Below are positions 1 through 7,734 of a DNA stretch of 64,000 bases, piece after piece. Source of the DNA: a virus; IMG/VR virus record IMGVR_UViG_3300035681_000001, positions 1 through 64,000 of that record; one strand, given 5' to 3'. The position numbers and the translations under genes are program-made. Under the pieces are notes generated by a model that saw only the letters and a program-made list of their open reading frames with translations, was not told the origin of the DNA and searched no databases. The first letter of the stretch is position 1, and each line of letters opens with the position of its first letter.

Positions 1-174
1 AGTAACTAACGCAGTTTCTTCAGGGAAAAGATCATTAAGTGTATTAAGGCCTCCCTGCAAAGACTGTACAGTAGACTGTAGTTGTAACAAAAGCCGCTGG
101 GTCTGGTAGTATTCCGCTAGCGTAAGCTTAAGCTGCCTACTAAGCTGTTCTTTTTTCTCTTGAATGCTTTGCAT
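1..174 (-). CDS. hypothetical coiled-coil protein, partial (runs off window start)
   Basis: Not in the ORF track. ATG at 174-172, then open to base 1: MQSIQEKKEQLSRQLKLTLAEYYQTQRLLLQLQSTVQSLQGGLNTLNDLFPEETALVT... Confidence 0.6.
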   Translation of the reverse strand, partial: MQSIQEKKEQLSRQLKLTLAEYYQTQRLLLQLQSTVQSLQGGLNTLNDLFPEETALVT

Positions 175-195
175 AATTAATATAGAGGCTAGTTA

Positions 196-204
196 ATAGT
201 AACA
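196..204 (-). promoter_or_regulatory. candidate extended -10 element (TGTTACTAT)
   Basis: TGnTAnnnT match about 20 nt upstream of the ATG at 174. Confidence 0.3.
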
Positions 205-260
205 CCTGTCTAAAGCCTAAAAAACTTAGGGCTAAAAACAAATTAACCTTTTTAAATTAA

Positions 261-291
261 AAGCCCCAACCTGGACTTCAGGTTGAGGCTT
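261..291 (-). terminator. candidate intrinsic terminator of the minus-strand tail operon
   Basis: AAGCCCCAACCTG-gactt-CAGGTTGAGGCTT, a 13-bp stem with one imperfect pair. It is followed on the minus strand by a T-rich tract and lies downstream of the 357-4902 gene block. Confidence 0.5.
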
Positions 292-356
292 GTTTAACTT
301 AGTACGTTGAGACTAGCATTACGTTTTTTAGCCACTAACGTAGTGACGTTGACGTA

Positions 357-635
357 TCAACCTTCAATTGGTTCAGGTTCTGGTTGGGGTTCTGGTTGGG
401 GTTCTGGTTGAGGTTCACTGTAAAAAGCCTCAGGCTCAGCACGGGAAGCAAGTAGCGCAGCAACCCTAGCATCATGGCTAGTAGTAGTACCAAACTCGCT
501 GGTGTAGATTTCACCAATTCCACTAGCGATCAGGCCATCAGCCTGGTCATCGTTATCGAAGACAACCAACTGAGTGGCCGCGTATTCAATTTCGTCAATA
601 GAACCACCAACAAGAATTTTCAGAGTTTTGGTCAT
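357..635 (-). CDS. small acidic virion-module protein with a PEPQ-repeat tail
   Basis: 92-aa ORF, last gene of the tail operon, ending EPQPEPQPEPQPEPEPIEG. Confidence 0.7.
   Translation of the reverse strand: MTKTLKILVGGSIDEIEYAATQLVVFDNDDQADGLIASGIGEIYTSEFGTTTSHDARVAALLASRAEPEAFYSEPQPEPQPEPQPEPEPIEG
370..416. repeat. 12-nt coding tandem repeat (GGTTCTGGTTGG-like, about 4 units)
   Basis: Visible directly in the sequence. It encodes the PEPQ repeats of ORF 357-635. Confidence 0.85.
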
Positions 636-642
636 GGGTTCA

Positions 643-3033
643 TCAAGTAAACAAAACCATACCTACTATAGCACCATCAGCTGCAGCTGTGTTGCTGGAG
701 TCAGCGGCGCCTGTTACGGTGGTCAACGTAAGACCAGTAGCAAAACCCGTTAGTCCCCCTTCACTAAAATGACGATTGGTCCCATTAGGAGGGATTGCAA
801 TTGGGATAGCAACCCCTGCGGTACCGGCTGTGGCCGTTGTTGAATTATACAACTTGGCATATACCCATGAAGTCGTAGTATTTGTCAAGTTCCAGCCAAG
901 TGGTCGCGTAACTCCACTTTTTATTACTGAAACGGGACTTGCTACTGCCGATATTACCTTGGCAGCCGTGGCACCACCTATGACGCTAGCGCGGTATTGA
1001 ACACCAATGTCATTAGATAGCGTGGTACCAGCTAATACCGAAACAGCACCTGTCATTGCTACTGGGGATCCAACCCCCGACTGCTTCATACCCGCTAGGT
1101 ATAAAGGGATGTTGGCATTCTCTTCCAGCGATAAAGATAATATAGTCCACGTTGTTGCAGAAGCTGGTGCTGTAGAGCCATTGTAAGCCCACAGATACAA
1201 AAATAAATCCCTGCTTTCATCTGGTACAATATCTGATCTTGATGCCGATAAAGTAAGTGCATCCCCTATTGTTCGACATGCTGCAGCGGTTCTGCCGTCT
1301 AGCTGAATAGATGCAGAATGAATAGCTGCGTAGGTACTGGTGGTCATCGTTACAGAACCAGTATTCCAACCCCTACGCTGGGCGTCAAGCGTAGCGTTTG
1401 CAGTACCAGAGTAAAGTTGTTGCACGTAACTGTGCCCAAACAGGTCAAGCGTACCGCTACCACTAGCTGGCCACGCAGTTACTGTAAAAGTAATAGTATT
1501 TGCACCAACACTGGCGATAGCGTATCGCCCAGGAATGCCAGCCGCACCAGTAATAGCTCCTAGCATCATAGACTGGCCAACGTTGGCTGACGTGTATGAA
1601 TGATCAGGAAACGTTACAACTACGTTTGTAGTTGTGCATGTGTAAGCAAGGTTTTCACCAATTCTGTCAGCAAGCAAAACCATTAGGTTACTGTTTGCTA
1701 TCCTTTGTGACGGTAGCAAGCGCCACCTTAAAGCCACCATTCCCCTAAATGAAGCAGCAGACCTGCAGAGGAATTCAGCATTTGTCGCAGTACCTGTGTT
1801 GACAAGCAAGTTACCGCTAGCTTGTGATACTACTAATGAAGACGATGATCGTAACACCAACTCTGGTGCCAGTAAACCAGACCCAATGCTAGAAAAATCT
1901 GCTTTCCACTGAGAGCAAGGTGCATGTCGAACCACTGAACCACGATCGGATGATGTGGCTAACGTAGTTCGCACATCTGGCTGACTACTGGCTATCGCAG
2001 CCAGCGATATTACTGCCGGGCTGTCACTAGCTAGTGTCACTCGCTGAGTGTTGCCATCTGCGTTACCAACACCAAGGGTAACGTTTGGAGCAACCGGTAG
2101 GACGGTTCCACTGGAAGCCCCTTGCACCGTCAACACATTCAAACTAGGCGCACCGGCAGTACCAAACGCCGGCAGCTTCAGCAGGATCGAGCTGAGATGT
2201 TGCGCGACCCGCTGCATCCGCCCATTTAGGCCAGCGCTGGCGGTGTCGCTACCTGGAGCGGTTTCATCAGTAGTGCCCAGGCAATTGTTAGTGGTTTGCT
2301 GATTTGTGGCAGTGGCGGCATTAACGGCCAGAGACGGCGCCACCTGCAGCCGGCCGCCGCTCAGTGTCGCTGGCAGCCTATCCAGCAGCGCCTGATAAAA
2401 CACTTGCACCAACCCTGCCAAACCGCTGGCGCCACTAGGCAAAGTAGGAGCACCGGTGCCGGTGGTGCCCAGTCTAGATTGAGTAGACCCTGTGTAGCTG
2501 CTAACAAACGGCAAATAAGAATTAGATTCTGTTAGTAGCTGATTGGCTGCCTGTTGATTATTGGCAGTGGCTGGATCTTGAGGAAGCAAACTCGCCAAAT
2601 AACGCAACCAGCCACGAATGCCAGTTGAAGACCCCGGTAGCGTCGGCGGGCTAGTGCCATCTGAGCCTAATGCTGTTGCGATTGAGTCATCTGTTGCCAG
2701 CGTAAATCGTTGTGTTTTGGCAGTAATTGCACCACTGCCCGAGTCCACATCCGGCGCGACAGGTTGAGGTGTTAATACATCATAAATAATTACTAGATTG
2801 TCACTACTTTGTTGACCGGTAGTATTAGCAGCCAACGTAAGCGTGGTGCCTGAAACTTGGGTGTAGCCTAGAGAAGCTACGCCGGTTGCAAAAATCGTTG
2901 CTTCTCGGGTTTGGTTAATAATCGCAGCTAGTCGTCTTACATCAAACGATGAGATACCAGACAAATTAACTGTACCTACACCTGAAGCACCAGGCGTAAA
3001 AGTGTAAGTAGGTGTGATAAAGTCTCTAGACAT
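643..3033 (-). CDS. tail fibre / minor tail protein (796 aa)
   Basis: G/S/T/A-rich. The N-terminal YTFTPGASGVGTV...LAAIINQT motif is typical of phage tail proteins. It has internal repeats and sits in a structural operon. Confidence 0.7.
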   Translation of the reverse strand: MSRDFITPTYTFTPGASGVGTVNLSGISSFDVRRLAAIINQTREATIFATGVASLGYTQVSGTTLTLAANTTGQQSSDNLVIIYDVLTPQPVAPDVDSGSGAITAKTQRFTLATDDSIATALGSDGTSPPTLPGSSTGIRGWLRYLASLLPQDPATANNQQAANQLLTESNSYLPFVSSYTGSTQSRLGTTGTGAPTLPSGASGLAGLVQVFYQALLDRLPATLSGGRLQVAPSLAVNAATATNQQTTNNCLGTTDETAPGSDTASAGLNGRMQRVAQHLSSILLKLPAFGTAGAPSLNVLTVQGASSGTVLPVAPNVTLGVGNADGNTQRVTLASDSPAVISLAAIASSQPDVRTTLATSSDRGSVVRHAPCSQWKADFSSIGSGLLAPELVLRSSSSLVVSQASGNLLVNTGTATNAEFLCRSAASFRGMVALRWRLLPSQRIANSNLMVLLADRIGENLAYTCTTTNVVVTFPDHSYTSANVGQSMMLGAITGAAGIPGRYAIASVGANTITFTVTAWPASGSGTLDLFGHSYVQQLYSGTANATLDAQRRGWNTGSVTMTTSTYAAIHSASIQLDGRTAAACRTIGDALTLSASRSDIVPDESRDLFLYLWAYNGSTAPASATTWTILSLSLEENANIPLYLAGMKQSGVGSPVAMTGAVSVLAGTTLSNDIGVQYRASVIGGATAAKVISAVASPVSVIKSGVTRPLGWNLTNTTTSWVYAKLYNSTTATAGTAGVAIPIAIPPNGTNRHFSEGGLTGFATGLTLTTVTGAADSSNTAAADGAIVGMVLFT

Positions 3034-3036
3034 TGC

Positions 3037-3378
3037 TCAACCAAAGATAAGGGCGTTGACTATAGAAGTTGTATTAATAGCTGATTGTAGACCAGAAACT
3101 TGTGTAGTACTAATGCCTATAAGCTGACCGGTACCACCATTATAGACCCACAAATTAGGTGGAGAACCTGAAGTATCCAGCCACAAATATTGAGTTATAC
3201 CACCTAACTGGCCTGCAGTAGGAGCAGTAGGTTGTATAAAAGTAGGTAAATAAGGCGGACCTGAAACTGGTGTGTTGTTGGGACCACCAGACAACACAGG
3301 CCGCCCAGCTGCAGGAGTAGTACCTGCTAGGCTAAGTTCACCTACTAAATTTAAGCCATTAAGTATGTCGTGGGCCAT
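3037..3378 (-). CDS. minor tail protein
   Basis: 113 aa with an FIQPTAPT...LWLDTSG...LWVYNG fibre-type motif. Coupled to its neighbours. Confidence 0.65.
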   Translation of the reverse strand: MAHDILNGLNLVGELSLAGTTPAAGRPVLSGGPNNTPVSGPPYLPTFIQPTAPTAGQLGGITQYLWLDTSGSPPNLWVYNGGTGQLIGISTTQVSGLQSAINTTSIVNALIFG

Positions 3379-4169
3379 TATCCAGTCACCACCACTCGAT
3401 AGGAATTAGAAGCCGGGGCTGCTGAAAAACCAACTGTCACAGCATTAACCGAGTTCCTGCCTACATCAGTCGTCACCTTACCCCCAGTAGCCAAAGCATA
3501 AACTTCTGTAGTTACGTCGTAAGTATTAAGGTTGTGCGTAACCACAAAAGAATTAGCCGACCCGTTACCAATAGTACCTGAAACTTTCCTATTAAATCCA
3601 GTGTAAGCTGCCAGCTTTTGAGGGGTAACAATAGTGGTATTATCAGTACCTGTGTTTACTTGAATCTGCGTAGCTATTGCAGCAATACCTGCGGTTGACT
3701 CACTAGCTGTTGGAGCAACAGTACCAAAAGCAGTCCAAACTACCGAGCCAGTATCCAATACAAACCCTACTTGGGTTTGCCTCCAACTAGTATTAGCCGA
3801 AGTAGAACCTTGCTGTACACTAACTACTGCTTGAGTAAGTTCTAGAACAGTATTGGCATCCAGTGCTCTACTAGCTGGTGTAGCAGACCCATTCCAAACG
3901 TAAATACCATTTTGTGAACTATTAGTTTGACCCCTTAGTAAAAACCGATTACCTGACGACATCGTAACGCCGTCCACGGTACTACCAGGTGCCGAAATAT
4001 TAACGTCAGCTTCAGTAGAAGCTACTACGTCAGCTTTCCACTTCAGGCCTTCAATTAATGTATTAACTTGCTCAAACGTTACTGGGTGACCAGCAGCCGT
4101 ACCTTGGGGTAAGTTAAGGACCCTAGAAACTGACCCAAAGTCAAAATCAGAAAGTATGGGAGTAGGCAT
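3378..4169 (-). CDS. tail fibre-related protein
   Basis: 263 aa. Contains AGIAAIATQIQVNTGTDNTTIVTPQKL (T4 gp34-type fibre repeat) and RFLLRGQTNSSQNGIYVW. Confidence 0.75.
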   Translation of the reverse strand: MPTPILSDFDFGSVSRVLNLPQGTAAGHPVTFEQVNTLIEGLKWKADVVASTEADVNISAPGSTVDGVTMSSGNRFLLRGQTNSSQNGIYVWNGSATPASRALDANTVLELTQAVVSVQQGSTSANTSWRQTQVGFVLDTGSVVWTAFGTVAPTASESTAGIAAIATQIQVNTGTDNTTIVTPQKLAAYTGFNRKVSGTIGNGSANSFVVTHNLNTYDVTTEVYALATGGKVTTDVGRNSVNAVTVGFSAAPASNSYRVVVTG

Positions 4170-4564
4170 TAGATTACTTTAGCAAAGCCTGCTGTAGCTA
4201 TCGTAAAGGATATTCGGGTTTGATTGATAGTCGGTTGTGTTACCTCAGGCCACACGCGTTGTGAACCTGAATTGTAGACATCTACTGAAGTCGGGTAATA
4301 ACCAAAGTTGTGGTTGATAATCCAAAGTGTACTAGGCGTGCTTTGTGTAAAAGTAAAACCAGTAGCACTAAGTTCGATACGGTTCAGCGAATCGTTATAA
4401 ACAGGCGTAATACCTTTATGACCACCTACAGTAAATAAAGCAGCAGCCGCATCTTGAACTGCTTCTACATCAGTACCTGCAGCACCTTGAGGGCCTGCAG
4501 TAGTAATTTCAACCACTACTTGGGCAGAGTCTACCGTTTCAAGTACTTCTACAGTAGCCATCAA
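4169..4564 (-). CDS. minor tail protein
   Basis: 131 aa with the FTQSTPSTLWIINHNFGYYPTSVDV motif common in phage tail genes. Confidence 0.65.
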   Translation of the reverse strand: MMATVEVLETVDSAQVVVEITTAGPQGAAGTDVEAVQDAAAALFTVGGHKGITPVYNDSLNRIELSATGFTFTQSTPSTLWIINHNFGYYPTSVDVYNSGSQRVWPEVTQPTINQTRISFTIATAGFAKVI

Positions 4565-4902
4565 TCGTCTGTCAGTCCTTCTTTGATAGTGTAGCGCCCT
4601 TTAAGGTAGTAGTACTCTTTACCTGAAGGTTCCACTAACTTTAAGTCATACTTACCACCAGAATACAACGCTGCAGTTTGAGCAGAACTCAAGTACAACG
4701 TAATCTCCCCTATCTCAGCTGAGTCTGTATCTACTTGAAAAGAATCTACCGCATAAGTACCTGCTGCATCCCACAACTGAGCCAATATGTTGTAGCCACC
4801 TAGATTCATAGGCACTTTCAAAGGTCCTGACTTAAAACGCAGCAATAAATCAAAAGAAGACTTTCGGTATATAACCAGGTTGTAAGTACCAGGGTAGATC
4901 AT
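4561..4902 (-). CDS. baseplate/tail beta-sandwich protein
   Basis: 113 aa with GEITLYLSSAQTAAL...KYDLKLVEPSG..YYYLKG. First gene of the minus-strand operon. Confidence 0.65.
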   Translation of the reverse strand: MIYPGTYNLVIYRKSSFDLLLRFKSGPLKVPMNLGGYNILAQLWDAAGTYAVDSFQVDTDSAEIGEITLYLSSAQTAALYSGGKYDLKLVEPSGKEYYYLKGRYTIKEGLTDD

Positions 4903-5005
4903 TCTAACGCTAGCTTTAGTCAGCTCCCTACAGTCTACTGTTTAATCCAACCCTAATTAAACCAAAAAAAAGAAAAGCGCATAGGCCCTGCACACAGCAG
5001 GCTAC

Positions 5006-5596
5006 ATGCTTAAAATGTCACTGACTGTAACTATCCAAGGCGACGTAAACATTATTTCGGGCGTCTCCCGGACTAAAAACACTGTCGCAAAACCTTACAA
5101 CAGTCCAGTTAAGACTAAGAAAACTAAAACAGCTATTGATACACCACCTGTTCAACTAAGTTGGTATCAAAACGCTGTACGTCTTAACCGAGCCGCACGT
5201 AAGAAAACCACACCAGTAACACTACAACGGGCTGTACCTTATACAATCTCAAAACTAGCCCCCACCGGAATTGCTACCACTAAAGAACTATCGGACTCTC
5301 AGGGTAACGTTTTTCCTAGTGTTCAGGCAGCTGCTAACTTTTACGGTTACACACGCCATAAAATCTATAAAGCCCTAGCTTGTAGGGGTGGTAGGTTGTC
5401 ACCTAGTGTAGTAGTTCAGTACACAGGTAACCACATCCCACGTTGGTATTATTACTCCCGCCGGACCCAACGCACTTACGCAAACATCTACTTGGCATCA
5501 GTAGGGGAAAACGTGCCCCAAGATAAAATCCGAGCTGGTATCCGACTGCCTGAAGACCAGCTAAACTGGGAAGTACTAGTACCAACTGTACGATGA
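5006..5596 (+). CDS. putative DNA-binding protein with NUMOD1-like HTH motif(s)
   Basis: SQGNVFPSVQAAANFYG resembles NUMOD1. A second degenerate copy may be present (RTYANIYLAS). Confidence 0.5.
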   Translation: MLKMSLTVTIQGDVNIISGVSRTKNTVAKPYNSPVKTKKTKTAIDTPPVQLSWYQNAVRLNRAARKKTTPVTLQRAVPYTISKLAPTGIATTKELSDSQGNVFPSVQAAANFYGYTRHKIYKALACRGGRLSPSVVVQYTGNHIPRWYYYSRRTQRTYANIYLASVGENVPQDKIRAGIRLPEDQLNWEVLVPTVR

Positions 5597-6081
5597 TTGA
5601 AGTGTACGCTTTTTCTCAACTCAAAAAAATAAAGGAAAAAGCGTGCACCGAGCATGACTTTACCACCCACGTTTTTGACACACATAACGTTTGTCATGCT
5701 GAGTGGATAAAACCATGCCAACCTAATCAGCACTACCGAGCTATGATTGGTTACGAATTCATAGTCGGTAGTGACCATCAGTTTGAAGTATGGAGATCAC
5801 AACTTTGTAAAATAGTCCACGGTTGTGAGCTTAGAGAATATCTAAGCATTTGTGCGCCTAACAATTATTTCTACGCACTGCTTACATGTTCTCCTGCAGA
5901 AACTTTTCTGGGATCTACTATTTGTAGGTCGCTGTACGAAGACTTCGTAAAGTTCTGGCCTAAGTTAGTTAATCTCCATCAAACAGACATCCAACTAACT
6001 GAGCACTTTATAACTCGTTACGTGCAGTGGCAACACCTTACCTGGATAGCTTCCCAAAGGGGCTGCTTAGAATTTGGTTAA
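5593..6081 (+). CDS. hypothetical protein
   Basis: 162-aa ORF with an ATGA overlap to the upstream gene. Confidence 0.7.
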   Translation: MIEVYAFSQLKKIKEKACTEHDFTTHVFDTHNVCHAEWIKPCQPNQHYRAMIGYEFIVGSDHQFEVWRSQLCKIVHGCELREYLSICAPNNYFYALLTCSPAETFLGSTICRSLYEDFVKFWPKLVNLHQTDIQLTEHFITRYVQWQHLTWIASQRGCLEFG

Positions 6082-6083
6082 TG

Positions 6084-6092
6084 TGTTATCCT
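6084..6092 (+). promoter_or_regulatory. candidate extended -10 element (TGTTATCCT)
   Basis: TGnTAnnnT match in the intergenic gap upstream of the rlpA-like gene. Confidence 0.3.
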
Positions 6093-6161
6093 TTAAGGGT
6101 AGCTACACCTGCTTCTAGTGAAGGGCCCGTCCCGAATTAGAAGAGTTGAATTCTGTATTTA

Positions 6162-6497
6162 TTGATGCTCAAAAAACTAATCATTGGTTTAGCGTTGTCT
6201 TTGAGTGTTGCGCAACCAGCTAAAGCCTCAACAGCTGAAGCTAGTGTTTACGACGAATGGTATGATGGCCGACCTACTGCTTCAGGTGAAGCCTTTCGTT
6301 ACCACGGTTTATCAGCAGCACACCCTTGGTTGCGATTCGGTCGATATCGAGTTAGTTACCGAAACCGCTCAGTAACAGTACGGCTTAACGATCGACTCAA
6401 CCTGCCTAGGCTAGACCTGTCTTGTGGAGCAGCCTATCATTTATTTAAGTCTTGCTACACATTAAAAACAGTTACTTATCAGTGGATTGGTCCGTAG
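6162..6497 (+). CDS. rlpA: RlpA-family (DPBB) lytic transglycosylase with signal peptide
   Basis: ASVY..WYDGRPTASGE.F....LSAAHPWL.FG...RV....RSVTVRLNDR...LDLS..AA is the RlpA signature. The N-terminus is a hydrophobic signal-like sequence ending AKA. Confidence 0.85.
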   Translation: MMLKKLIIGLALSLSVAQPAKASTAEASVYDEWYDGRPTASGEAFRYHGLSAAHPWLRFGRYRVSYRNRSVTVRLNDRLNLPRLDLSCGAAYHLFKSCYTLKTVTYQWIGP

Positions 6498-6699
6498 GTA
6501 AGCGAGGGTCTGGCCTTTTTAAAGCAGTGTACACTGCACCCCCACCAGCAACCGCACCTAGTATCCCTGATACTAGGTTTTCTACTATACGGCCGTACTG
6601 GGGTCTGAACTCCTTGTTTTGTTGGGCTATTACAGTAGCTCCTGAAATCCCTATCACTAAAGCTGCAGCCAAACCAGTCTGCAAAATATTAGACCCCAT
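6472..6699 (-). CDS. small membrane protein (holin-like candidate)
   Basis: 75 aa with two hydrophobic segments. Convergent with rlpA and overlapping its 3' end. Confidence 0.55.
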   Translation of the reverse strand: MGSNILQTGLAAALVIGISGATVIAQQNKEFRPQYGRIVENLVSGILGAVAGGGAVYTALKRPDPRLPTDQSTDK

Positions 6700-6803
6700 T
6701 TTACGGTCGCAACTAAAATCAGTTTAGCTGCCTTACAGTAAACTAAAAATCCGTACAAAACAAAGTAAAGCGTTCGGCAAAGCAGCACCTCCAGTGTTAG
6801 ACT

Positions 6804-7289
6804 TTGTCTATTCTCTACTCCAGATTTATGTCTGACGCCTACGTTCCTGAAGAAGAAATGGTATCTCCACAAGTAGCGAAGCTAACTCGGTTCGCAGCAC
6901 AACTCCTACAAGCTAGTTACGAAAAAGTAGTCATTGGATTTAAAGGTAGCTCTGGTGAAGCTCAATTTGATGAACCACTGTTTTACCGAGTTGGTATTCC
7001 CGAAACGCAACCTTCTAAAGTAGATGAAGTTGCAGAGCTGATCGAATTTAGTGCTGAAGAAATTAGCAGTATCCTTAGTGATACTGCACAACGAGTACTA
7101 AACAACAGATTCTCGTACTGGTCTGACATGAATGGTGCTTACGGTATTGTTAGTTTCCACCCTGCAGATATGGGAGTCTATGTTAAAATTTATCGTTTGG
7201 TCCCTAAAGGTGATGAAGCAAATGTGACCCGCACCAGCCTCGAAGCTTTGTATCCTAAAGCTCGTCGGGTAGCTACTGCTCAAGACTGA
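6804..7289 (+). CDS. DUF6878-like protein
   Basis: VVIGFKGSSGEAQF... and YWSDMNGAYGIVSF resemble my recollection of DUF6878 (xFxGSGDSG...WENNDGAYG). Immediately upstream of the Ubl gene. Confidence 0.5.
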   Translation: MSILYSRFMSDAYVPEEEMVSPQVAKLTRFAAQLLQASYEKVVIGFKGSSGEAQFDEPLFYRVGIPETQPSKVDEVAELIEFSAEEISSILSDTAQRVLNNRFSYWSDMNGAYGIVSFHPADMGVYVKIYRLVPKGDEANVTRTSLEALYPKARRVATAQD

Positions 7290-7310
7290 ACCCTACCAAT
7301 TAACCTTATA

Positions 7311-7329
7311 GGGGGGTAACCCCCTTTTT
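7311..7329 (+). terminator. intrinsic terminator-like hairpin
   Basis: GGGGG-GTAA-CCCCC-TTTTT, ending 3 nt before the Ubl ATG. Confidence 0.6.
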
Positions 7330-7332
7330 CCT

Positions 7333-7668
7333 ATGCCAAATATCTTTGAGACTCGAAATAACAGAATCGACGAAGAAGATTTCACCGACGAACCGGTACA
7401 GTCTACCTTTGATGGTGAACGACAAGTCACCTTGCAATATGGAACGGAAAAAGTTGCAGTAGACGTTACTAGCCCTAGTTACATGGGTAAAAACCTAGGT
7501 CAGATTGCTGCTATGCGAGCTGACGAACTAGGCTTTAGTCGTGAGGCTACGCGTTTGAACTATCGTCTGGCAGGCAGCTACGTAGAATCTACATTTATCC
7601 CTAAACCAGGCCAAGTCTTTGTGCTCAGTACCAGCGCTGACACTAAAGGCGACCCTAAAGCTCAGTAA
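7333..7668 (+). CDS. prokaryotic ubiquitin-like protein (beta-grasp) with C-terminal TKG and a 5-aa propeptide
   Basis: An acidic N-terminal arm is followed by a Ubl-like pattern (VTLQYG...LGQIAAMRADELG...NYRLAG...PKPGQVFVL). It ends STSADTKG-DPKAQ, and xTKG is the typical terminus of Prok-Ub/PRTRC-C Ubls. Confidence 0.7.
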   Translation: MPNIFETRNNRIDEEDFTDEPVQSTFDGERQVTLQYGTEKVAVDVTSPSYMGKNLGQIAAMRADELGFSREATRLNYRLAGSYVESTFIPKPGQVFVLSTSADTKGDPKAQ

Positions 7669-7684
7669 AAACTAAGGGCATACG

Positions 7685-7710
7685 TAGCACTTTACGTGAG
7701 TAAAGTGCTA
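7685..7710 (+). promoter_or_regulatory. perfect 11-bp hairpin with GNRA loop, overlapping a candidate extended -10 (TGCTATTGT, 7706-7714)
   Basis: TAGCACTTTAC-GTGA-GTAAAGTGCTA lies between the Ubl and sigma genes. Confidence 0.5.
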
Positions 7711-7734
7711 TTGTATGTCTATTCGTTTAGTGTT

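Noticed and set aside
370-416. CRISPR-like or regulatory repeat array
   Set aside because: It is a spacer-less 12-nt coding repeat. No CRISPR array was seen anywhere in the window.
68-4941. Identical 14-mer ACAGTAGACTGTAG at 68-81 (+) and 4928-4941 (-), dyad-like, as a possible operator
   Set aside because: The first copy lies inside a coding region (LQSTVQS), and several chance 14-mer matches are expected in 64 kb.
7696-7734. GTG 7696 as the sigma start codon
   Set aside because: It lies in a hairpin loop and upstream of the candidate promoter. ATG 7735 gives a normal region 1.2 start.
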